DNA from: Yuukianura sp. NJ FZ-2021
Taxonomy: Eukaryota
Length of the DNA: 64,000 nucleotides
Direction of reading: 5' to 3'
NCBI GenBank assembly: GCA_046563655.1
Contig: CM102287.1
Coordinates: 1,674,001 to 1,738,000 of the forward strand
A model generated the notes under the pieces. That model saw only the letters and a list, made by a program, of their open reading frames with translations, made no database searches and was not told the origin of the DNA. Shown piece by piece: positions 50,730 to 60,720 of this stretch. The position numbers and the translations under genes were made by a program. The stretch's first letter is position 1. Each line of letters opens with the position of its first letter.

Positions 50730-53300
50730 ATGTATGTAAGACCCCCCTGTTCCCCCATGTCTAATTTTGATGATTTAGATTCTCAGGTTTTAGGTGGATT
50801 TGGTACTTTTACTGCCCGAGACAGCCGTCCTTCGCCCCCTTCTGTCCACCATACTCTTAAAGTCCCGATTTTCTTTTCTGGTTTTGAAGAAAGCGCTTTA
50901 GCGGACACTGGAGCGTCTATTTGTGCAATGAATCCCCAATTTTTGCGTCGTATTTCTTCTTCTGTTGAGGCTGTTCATGAAATTACCCCCATGAAAACAG
51001 CATTTTCAGTTACTGGCCCGGAGTCTTTCATCAATCAGGTTGCTCTTGTGAAATTTGAATTTTTTGGTTGTAATTACTCGTATTTTTTCTACGTCATTCC
51101 CAACCTTTCTAACCCCGTAGTCATAGGCATGGACTTCATCCTCCATTACGATTTCCTTCTGGATCCGAAGAACGCTTTGATGTGGAGACGCCAGGACACA
51201 AACCCGTTTTGCCCTTCCATTCCCCCAGGTCCTAAAGCGCAGTCTCAGCCTCCAGAAAAACAATCACTTCAGTCCACTACCCTATCTCAGACCACTGCAC
51301 CCTCAGACGATTCAACAAAGGCTGAAACGCTCACTACGAGCTCTACTTGCTCTACTTGCTCAGAATCTGCAAAAACTACAGCGTCAGAGCCCGCAGACAC
51401 AGAATCTACGTCATCCTCCGATTCTTCTGACATGCGCAGAACAGTTTCTCTGGATCGGACATACGACATTCTCCCGGGGTGCATGAAGAGAGTCAACATC
51501 AAGTCCAGCGTCACTTTCTCCGGAGACATAGCCATCACCCCGAACCAGGAATTCCAAGAAAAACAACATGTAGCTGTCGGTAACTGTATCGTTTCACTTG
51601 ACAATGGCAAAGGCATCACATTTCTTTGGAACTTGACTAATTCCCCTATTCGTGTCTTCAGATCCACCATTATTGGAGATTGGTGCCCGTTTCAAGGACT
51701 TTTAGGTTCCCAGAAGACAGTAGATCCAGCCACAGTCAAGCCAGTCATTTGCGGCCTCTCTGTTGACCTCAGTCCAGATGAGGAACTCGCCATTCTGCAG
51801 AAACGATTTGACCAACTCGAACTACAACTTGGGGAAAGGCTAACTCCGGAAGAAAAGTCGTCGCTTCGTCAGCTTCTGTTCCAGAACAGGGACATGTTCT
51901 CCTCAAACCCCACAGAAATTGGCCGTACCCATTTAGTCCAACATCACATCGACACAGGAAACGCCAGACCAGTCAGATCGCATCCTTATCGCGTCGGTCC
52001 CATTGAACGTCAAGAAATTGCCAAGGAAGTTTACCGTCTCATGGATCTCGGGTTTGTCCGTGAGTCCAACAGTCCCTGGAGTTCCCCGGTTGTCCTTGTC
52101 AAGAAGTCAGACGATAGTTGGCGTTTCTGCGTCGACTACCGCCGTGTCAATGCCCTAACCAAGAAAGACTCCTACCCGCTTCCTAGGATCGACGACACTT
52201 TGGATCGACTTGGTGGAGCCAAGTACTTTTCTTCAGTCGACTGCGACCAGGCCTACTACCAAGTCGAAATTGCGGAAGAAGACAAGGAAAAGACAGCATT
52301 TGTCACCCCTGACGGCCAATACCAGTTCGACGTGATGCCATTCGGACTTTCAAATGCTCCTGGGACTTGGCAGAGACTAATTGATCGTGTCCTCGGAAAT
52401 CTCAAATGGACAAGTGCACTTGTGTACTTGGACGACATAACCATTTTTTCCCGCACTTTCTCTGACCATTTGACCCACCTCAACCAGGTTTTTGCAGCTC
52501 TACGATCCGCTAACTTGACTTTGAAACCGAAGAAGTGCGTTTTCGGTCATCATGAGTTGAAGTTCCTGGGTCACATCGTCTCTTCAGAAGGAATTCGTCC
52601 AAATCCAGAGAAAGTCGCAGCAGTTATGGAATTCCCAAGACCGACAAGCACCAAAGGAGTTCGTTCCTTCGTCAGTCTCTGCTCCTACTACAGAAAGTTC
52701 ATGGAAGGATTTGCTTCTGTCGCCAGACCACTGCACGCACTTTGTGGAGCAAAACCAGGAGACGAATTCGTTTGGAGTCAAGAAGCTGAGACTGCCTTTA
52801 CGTCACTCAAAGCCCTTTTGTCCTCCCCTCCTGTTCTAGCTTTCCCCTCAGAAGATGCGCCAACTTCCATTCACACAGACGCGAGCGCCATTGGTTTCGG
52901 TGCCACCCTCGTCCAGACAATTGAGGGAGTTGAGAAGGTAATTGCCTACGCGTCTAGGGTCACTTCGAAGACAGAATCTAACTACGGAGCAGCAGAACTT
53001 GAGATGAAAGCAGCAATCTGGGCTGTTTCCCATTTTCGTCCTTACCTCTACGGGAGACACTTTAAACTCATAACGGATCACAGAGCCTTAACGTCCCTTC
53101 TCCGTTTTCGTGACCCCCATGGGAGACTCGCTAGGTGGGCTATTGCACTTCAGCCTTACGATTTTCAAGTCATACATCGCTCCGGCCGTGTACACCAAGA
53201 CGCTGATCCACTTTCCCGCAATCCCGTTTGGCCCGCTCCCTCAGATTGCGATCATTTAGCAATTGAAGGTCACCTCTTAGCCCTTTCTCTCTTTCCCTTA
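50730..53300 (+). CDS. pol: Pol of the outer element: aspartic protease, reverse transcriptase, RNase H (N-terminal part of the chimeric 50730-55022 ORF)
   Basis: ALADTGAS; SPWSSPVVLVKK, WRFCVDYRRVN, MPFGLSNAP, VYLDD, KFLGH; HTDAS, ELEM, TDH, DADPLSR. The right boundary is approximate. Confidence 0.93.
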
Positions 53301-55022
53301 GGTTCTAGGAAAGTCACCTTTCCTACTTATGATACTGAAAATGAAGAACCGAACGTACCACCGCATAGACCGCCTATATCACATGTTAGCACTAGACAAG
53401 AAGGTCCAAATAACACAGACAGAATTAGAGAACAAGGTCAACGTACTGAAAATTCTAATGTAACGCAGAACGTTATGACTCAGCCTAATCCAGGTGCAAG
53501 TCGTGCTACAGTAGCAGCCAGAGCCAGTATCTCACCAGAACAAATAGGTCCGCAGAATATTCCGAAACGAGTAATTAGACAATTAGGTCTAGAACAGGAG
53601 GGTTTAGACACATGGTCAGATTTTAAAAAGTGGTTAGACAAAATTCCTAAAAAGAAAAGTGTCAGAGGCGACGTGAGTTCAGTCGACGTCTCAGACGAAG
53701 AAAAAGATTCAGATGATTATGATGACGAGAAAAGTAGTGATGATGAAAGTGAAGTAGACAGTCGAAAGAAAAACCGAATGCCAAAGGTCAACTACGTTAT
53801 TACGGGTATTAACCCGAATATACCGATACCAGTCTACGACTACAGAAAGCGAACAGCTGTTTCTTATTTACATGATGTAGAGTCGTACTTTCAAAGTCAA
53901 AATTATACGAAAGACAAGTACTTGTATTTGATCAGAACGATTATGACAAAGGAGGTCAAATCTTGGTTCGATAACGTCAGAGACGACATAAAAACATGGT
54001 CAGAGTTTAAAAAAGCGTTTATAGCCAAATACGATTCAGTCGCAGAGAAAGAGTTTAGAGCAAGGTTGTTATTAACCAGAAAACAGAAAGTTACAGAGTC
54101 TGTAGAGTCATTTGTATGGGAAATGGTTACTCTAAGTCATCAGGTGAATCCGAAAGAAGAGACACATGTCATTGTACGCAGATGCAGAGACGCTCTGTAT
54201 CCTACAATTCGGACATTGATTGGTTATAGTGCTAGTTGGACGCCGACGGATTTAATTAATGAAGCGAAAAGAGTCATTTACGATTTGAGATCAGAGGCTA
54301 AACGAACGAAAACGTATATCCCAATTCCTCAGGTTAATACTATTCCAGTTGAGCAGAGTGAACTTAATTCAGCTCACAAAACAGATTCTAACGCTACAGA
54401 GTCACAAAATCATAGATTTCCAGAGAACATACAATTCAAGGGAAACCGTAATCGAGGAAATTACCATGGAAGTCAAGAAAGAGTTCAAAATTTTCGAAAT
54501 TCTCAAAATTTTCAAAACAATGAAGGTCAACCAAGTGAAACGCGGAGTTATATGACATACCAAGGTCAAAGTTCTAGAGGCAGAGGTAATTCCTATGTGA
54601 TCAGACAAGGGAATAATACCCCAGAGTACTTGGCAGAGGATCACAATTTTTATTTTCAAAACAATAGACGTAAGGATTACTTCGAACGAGACTTTCAAAG
54701 TCAGAACAGACATTTTAATCAACAGAAGAAGGAGTTAACCTGTTTTGTATGCCACCAGATTGGTCATTTTGTTCGAGATTGTCCAAATGTAAACGCAGTC
54801 GCCATGACGTATAATCCTAGAGAAGAGAATTGTGAAGGTCAGAGACAAGAATTTTCGAATATCACATTTCAACAAAATAATCCAAGAGACCAAAGTCAGG
54901 AAGAATTTTCTCACAACACAATGCCAATTTTTTCGAGTAGAAGTTATAAGAGGAACGACGTGTTCGACGATGTTCCTCCCCAAAACCAAAACAGCCAGGA
55001 AAATCAATATTTAAATTACTAA
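53300..55022 (+). CDS. gag: Gag of the nested element, fused in frame to the outer pol
   Basis: Capsid-like YLHDVESYF, EVKSWFD, TWSEFKKAFIAKY and KQKVTESVESF; knuckle CFVCHQIGHFVRDC. It ends at an in-frame slippery heptamer T TTA AAT (55010-55016). Confidence 0.85.
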
Positions 55023-56200
55023 AGAGCAGAGTCCCACCAAGTCTCAATTTACCCCATAATTATTGCAGAGATTTAGTGTTTAAAATTTAGTATTCAAGAA
55101 TTTAAATACTTAAAAAAGACAATGTGCGCAGATGTCACATTAGACATTACATAGTTTAGATTAGCCAAAAAGATTTCTATCGCAACAGACAGTTCAGATT
55201 ATGGGATTTCCGCAGCGTTATTCCTGAAATTAAAAGGAAAAAGCGAAGTTGTACATTCAACAGTTTACAGAGCAACAGTAACAGCTCTTAAGACAGATCA
55301 AAATTTAGTAGATGATGAAATAGAAATACGGGATGCTCCCAAGGTTAGGTCGACGTGCTCGACGATGACCTGACACGTTGTCAAATTTCAAATGTATAGT
55401 TAGTTAAAGTTTAATCTAGAAGAGTAAAAGAGAGAATCAGAAATTATTGAAATCAGAAAGAAAATATTAAAATCACAATGATTGAAAGAAATAAATTGAA
55501 AGAAACGAGCAATTGTCCTCGCACAAAAAGCAGAATTATGCTGTTAAAAATGACGTAGTAGTCAGAATTGTTTATTTTACAAAAGCAGAGTTGCTAAGAA
55601 AAGAGATCTCCAAAAATATTTCCAGTGATACGCCAGAACTCCAGAAAGTTAACGTATCTGTTAAATACAGGCATTAAATACCTGGAAAATACAGGCCTTA
55701 CCCGGGAGCAACAGTCTAGCCCCGCGGAATATGAGCACATTGCGCTGCCATTAAATGAATCAGAAAAAAGTACGTACAGAAAATGAGAAAGTCGACTTAG
55801 TTAGGAAAAGAAATAGGTTATAAGATAGAATTAAAATTTTAGTGCTAGGTATTACAATGATGTGGAGAGAATTGATTTTGAGTTCAAATTAAAGTGTCAT
55901 GAACTAATATACCGCAAATTATGCCAAAAAGTTTCTATGGTTCGTTAGCCAACAAGGTTTAATAACTTTCAAATAGACAGAGATGTTTCCAATAAAAGAA
56001 ACGACAACAAATAGATTAATTGTTTGACGAACTAAGTATTTGGACAAAACGGAAGTCTTAAACGAATTATTGCGAATCAAGGGGCTTAATCTCTTTGAAC
56101 TTTAGTGTCAAACTGTTGTTCAACATCTCAGAGTCAAAGTTACAAAAATACTTACAGAAGTTTATTGTATGGGTTCGAAACCATATGAGCAAGTTTCAAA
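55023..56200 (+). pseudogene. Heavily decayed and internally deleted pol relic of the nested element
   Basis: 55161-55259 translates LAKKISIATDSSDYGISAALF... (RNase H TDAS motif). 55968-56030 gives FK*TEMFPIKETTTNRLI and 56069-56086 gives IANQGA (integrase-core-like). Many stops. Confidence 0.65.
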
Positions 56201-56579
56201 AAGTATAATGACCCAGATTAGTTTAACAGTGTTCAACAAAAGCAGTCAGTATTGAGTCGACGCAGTGCTGTATTGTAATAAATTACGAACACGGGGCAGA
56301 AAGTTACTCAAAACCATTACCAATAGCGAAATAACCGAAAAAACAAGCGTTCTCAGATCAAAACCACAGTTAATTATACAGCGTTACCAGGTTTAAGAAT
56401 ATAGATTAAGTTAGTACCCCGGGTTAGATTAAGTTAGGCTAAAGTAGCATAAGTCAGAGTTAGTGAAATAATGTAAAAATGTATAATAATCCAGTTTACT
56501 TTAATTAATTTATGAAATAGATCAAATTTCAAAAGCAAACAGTTTAGAGATAAAAAAAATTAAAGCCTATCATAGAGAA

Positions 56580-58527
56580 ATGCACAAAATAAGTGGAGGT
56601 CAAAAGAGTGCCGACCAGTCTAAGTATCTTATGTTTTTAAAGCGACGAAGAGTAGTCAATTTCAAAGGAGACATTGTGTTCAGACAGAGTCACCCTTATC
56701 AAGAAAAGATCGTTAAATGGAATCCGAAAAGAAGTATTCTTAAAGCATTGGTATTTCCACAACATCGAATTCAACATTGGATCAACACAGAGTATCATGC
56801 CGACCAGATGATGGCACATTTGTTGACTAAAAAGATTATTTTTGTGGATACGGAACATTGCCAATCAAATTCTTTCAAAACGTACATCGCAATTATACAA
56901 ATTTCGACCGAAGAACATGATTTCGTGATCGATGTGCCACCATTGATTCCATGGTTACTTAAACACCTACCGAAAGTGTTATCAAAGTCCAAATTCCTTA
57001 AAGTATTGTCAGGTGGCGACAATGATCTTTTGTTGCTCCAACAAGACTTTAACATCTTCGTATACCCGGCCATTGACTTACAAGAATTTTACTATAAAGT
57101 GTACAAAGACAGTCAAGAAGAGTTTAAGCCAATCGGTTTGGCTACAATGCGTCACCACTTACTCAAAAGTACAGTAAACAAAGAAGCACAAGCAGCAGAT
57201 TGGTCTACGAGAGACAGAATCGGTAGATTACCGAACGATTTATTTGAATATGCACGATTGGACACATATTACTTAATTTTACTTTGGAATGTGTTAGTGG
57301 AGAAGATTGAGGTCGATGTGCTCAACAATGACCTCAGGAAGGAGTTTTCGGATGAAAACACAAATCAAAAGTTTCCAATTTCGGCAAAGAGATGCTTAGC
57401 ATTGCTAAAACCCACTAAAAGTTCATTAGAAACTGAGTTAGCTAAGCACACGTCAACGTCACATCAAATCTACCAAGCTATGTTTCGAAAAATATTTATG
57501 TGGACAGAGTATCGAACAAAGGCACTCGATAAACCAATAGTTCAAATCTTAAAAAGCGAAATTATAGCAGAAATTGCTAAAAAATCACCATTACAAAATT
57601 ACAAATGAAGACTTACGAAAAATTACAAAATATACTCACAAATACGAAAATGATATTCTGAGAGTTATTTCAGACACAAACAGCCTCATCCTAAGCGTCT
57701 ACAACGTCCCACCTTCACAATTCGGAATCGTCGCCAGTCAAAAACCATTCTACGAGAAAAATTTCAGCGAAGAGGAGATGGAAATTCGACAAATCAGCGA
57801 GACAAGTTCAGATTCAGACTCAGAAGATAGCGACATGGAGATTGAATGTGAAGTTTACGAAGAATCCGACCCAGAAATTGTCTATGAGCTCATCAATCTC
57901 ATTCCAGACGAACAATTCCAAATCATTCCAGTCACCAAACAAGAAAATCTTCAACGCATCAATTCAGAATCCCAATCGGAACAAGTCAGTACTTCACAAC
58001 CACACCCAGAAGAAGAAGAACCATCCCCAGAACAACCCGCACCAGACCCAGAATTCCTCAACATTCACGCCGACTACGACGACATCGAGATTTTTCCGCA
58101 ACCGACAACTACAAAAAAATGCTGGTGGTGCTTTTCTACTGGACACAGTCACAAAAACTGCGAAAATCCGAAAGCCCGCTACAAAATGATCAAAGCAAAC
58201 CCCGACCAGAAAAAGAAGTACAACAAAAAACATAAGGAGTGGCTGCGGCGGAAACAGAAACGAGGAGGACCCATGCAGAAACCAGGACGCCCCCTTATTC
58301 CAGTCGAAGGACCCCCAGGAGGAGGTCAAGGGGCTCTTTCGAAGGAGAGTGTGAGGGAGCATCACCCCCACCCACCCAACTCAGCAGATCCAGCGCCAGA
58401 GGAGGAAGACGGAGCGGAGCAGCTTCACTCCTGGAGCGGACGGCGAGGAGACAGGAGGACAAGACACGACACAGGACACAGGATCATCATTTGTATCATA
58501 TTTTATATATATTATTATTATTATTGA
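56580..58527 (+). CDS. Second Rrp6/EXOSC10-like DEDDy exonuclease + HRDC-like + acidic linker + CCHC knuckle + basic tail; split by a 1-nt frameshift near 57580-57600
   Basis: FVDTEH, IIQISTEEHDFVID, SGGDNDLLLLQQDF, QAADWSTR, YARLDTYYL and HRDC-like FRKIFMWTEYRTKALDKP in ORF 56580-57608. It continues in 57574-58527 with an acidic region, CWWCFSTGHSHKNC and a Lys/Arg-rich stretch. Confidence 0.85.
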
Positions 58528-58623
58528 TTGACTGGTTTATCTTTCAATAAACCAGTATCCAGCATCTTATTCTGTGTGCCTCATTTCAGGTTCTTATTGG
58601 TTGAGAGGATCGTTTGTTTCACA
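58350..58623 (+). mobile_element. 3' LTR of the nested element (274 bp)
   Basis: PPT gaaggagag (58341-58349), 5-bp inverted termini TGTGA...TCACA, a TATA-like run near 58504-58512 and AATAAA at 58546-58551. Confidence 0.75.
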
Positions 58624-59742
58624 CACGTCCTAGTGGTGACTGACCTCCATACTCGTTACATGGAAGCGTGGCCCGTAACCAATTCGACCTCAGAAAATGC
58701 CATCAAGATACTTGAGCAACACGTGTTCTCCCGCCATGGAATTCCGTCTCAAATCCTCATGGATCAAGGATCTCATTTCATGTCAGCCGAATTCCAGGAT
58801 CATCTTAAAGACTACGGAATCAAAGTACGGAGATCAGCAGCCTACAATCCGCAGGCCAATGGAGTCGTAGAGAGACATAACGGGACCATCAAAGCCACTC
58901 TGGCTAAACGTGTCGCTGACAACCACAAAGATTGGGATTTGCATCTCCATAAAGTCGTTTTTTCATTTATTTGCTCTACACACAAGGTAACGAAATTCTC
59001 ACCTTATTACTTAGCCTTTGGTAGAGAGCCTGTTGTCAAAACGGACAAGCTCTTCCCGATTGTCGAAAACCCCATTTTAGAGTCACCGGAAACAGTTCAG
59101 CTTCGTTCGGAAGTCGCAAATGTCATCGCATCTCAAAGGACACGAAAAGATCAAGTCCATCGACAGGCAGAAGTCAGCAAGAAACGTAAACCTCGCAAAT
59201 ACTTCGTTGGGGACATTGTTCTCTGGATGAACTTTCACCTCAGGAAACGACATGTCCGAAAATTCGAGCCGAAATGGAAAGGTCCCTACAAGATTTTGGA
59301 GGTTATCAGCCCAGTCAATGTCAAAATCCAGAGTATCGTGAAGAAACGCAAAGCCTTTGTCGTTTCTACGTCTCAGATCAAACTCTACAAGGAACCCCGA
59401 GAAGAAATCGAAATAGAAGAATTTGACCCGTCTGACCCCATTGACCTCGAATCCACTTCGTCTTTGCCCGTTTTGTCCCCTAATTCAGATACCCGTTTGC
59501 CCGTTCCCACCATTTCCGATTCCCCTCCTTCCCTTACCCCATTTGACTCTAGTTCATCGGTCGCTGAAATTGGAAAAGATAAGGAATTGGAGTCTCGAGA
59601 AATCCTGCATCTCGAGAACGATCCAGTTCTGCCCAGTAGTGGACCTACCACCGCTTCTGAGCCACCAGCCCCTCAAAACAGTGCAATTTTGCAATGGCTG
59701 GGCCGATTACGACCGAGAAAACCCCCCGCAAACAAAAAATAA
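58624..59742 (+). pseudogene. Integrase of the outer element, N-terminally truncated
   Basis: HVLVVTDLHTRYMEA, D(35)E pair MDQG...NGVVER, SPYYLAFGRE and GPY/F module KWKGPYKI. The HHCC finger and first catalytic Asp are missing. The listed ORF start (58528) is LTR read-through. Confidence 0.9.
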
Positions 59743-59817
59743 TCATGCGCGCATTTAGTTAGTTTAGGTTAGTTTTTGATTCTCTTATTCATTTTATCTT
59801 TTTTCTGCTTTTTAGAT

Positions 59818-60411
59818 ATGGAAGAACTGACTAAAGCTGCGGAGGATCTTTCGCTTCAGGAGTGTACTGCTCCTTCGCTCCCGATGGAGGAAGATTCTCT
59901 TTTGGAGTTGTCTGAGTCGGAAGCAGCCGAGCCACTTCCGACCCCTGAACAAGAACTTCTGCTTTTGGGAGATGAGTTTGGCCCCCCTCCAGCGCCAATT
60001 GTGCCAGTTGTGATGGAGACTGAGCCGATTTTAGACTCCAGGCCACCTACGACTTGGTTTCCGCCACTTGTCCCCACTCCCGTTTCTCCCCCTCATAGGC
60101 CAAGACGTCGTCGCCCCACCCGTTTCCACCCCTTTCAAGTTCCAAAGTCTGTGCTTGACGCAGTGATGGTTTCCCAGCCTCAATCTCCACCGGTTCCTCT
60201 CATGGGATTAACTTTGGAGGCTCCCGTCACTCGTCGTCATGCACGTCCCTTCGGACAAGCTGCTTCTCGTCACGTCCCTCCGATTGGCCGTTCCCAGAGT
60301 CCACCAGGAAGAGAGAACCCGCAATTTCCGCATTTAAACATGGTGGCCAGGGACAGAGTTGAAGATCCGTGTCCAACTCCAAGGCGTGAGCGTCGCCCTC
60401 AGCGATTCTGA
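59818..60411 (+). CDS. Pro-rich/acidic ORF3 (197 aa) of unknown function downstream of the integrase
   Basis: ATG at 59818 lies two bases after a strong polypyrimidine-AG splice acceptor (59815). The product is acidic, then Pro/Arg-rich (HRPRRRRPTRF). No env-like transmembrane segment. Confidence 0.5.
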   Translation: MEELTKAAEDLSLQECTAPSLPMEEDSLLELSESEAAEPLPTPEQELLLLGDEFGPPPAPIVPVVMETEPILDSRPPTTWFPPLVPTPVSPPHRPRRRRPTRFHPFQVPKSVLDAVMVSQPQSPPVPLMGLTLEAPVTRRHARPFGQAASRHVPPIGRSQSPPGRENPQFPHLNMVARDRVEDPCPTPRRERRPQRF

Positions 60412-60720
60412 AGCGTGGTGGATCATCGGTTGACGATTTGGCTTTTTTCTCCGGTAATTTTTCGGTAACGGATAATATTTTTTCCTTTATTCATTCATAA
60501 TTGGCAGATTTTTCATTTAAAGTACCCTAATCCTTTCAAGATTTAGCCTCAGACGTGTATTTTTCCTAAATTTACCCCCTACCCGTTTTTCCCCCTCAAT
60601 TAGGCTTAAAATCATTTGCTAAATTAGAACTCCCAATTCGGTTTAACCATTTTTATCGTTTTCAGAGTCCATTCCCGCTTTTTCCCCTCAGTTTTGTTCT
60701 ATTTCCAGGAACAAGATTAA

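Larger units (their letters stand above)
53300..58623 (+). mobile_element. Nested, 5'-truncated non-autonomous Ty3/gypsy element: gag - decayed pol - Rrp6-like ORF - 3' LTR
   Basis: Abrupt change to A-rich composition, a second gag, and RNase H and integrase relics. PPT plus TGTGA...TCACA LTR. The outer integrase resumes at 58624. The left junction is approximate (about +/-40 bp). Confidence 0.82.
47320..60720 (+). mobile_element. Ty3/gypsy retrotransposon block (outer element) inserted in LINE copy 26; disrupted by a nested element and a deletion
   Basis: The empty site ccttatcttcggttttgcc is split, with CTTC at 47316-47319 and 60721-60724. Domain order is gag-PR-RT-RNase H-integrase. Confidence 0.92.

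Noticed and set aside
48921..55047. Antisense and alternative-frame ORFs over gag/pol
   Set aside because: They are shadow frames of Pro/Gln-rich or low-complexity coding sequence with no recognisable motifs.
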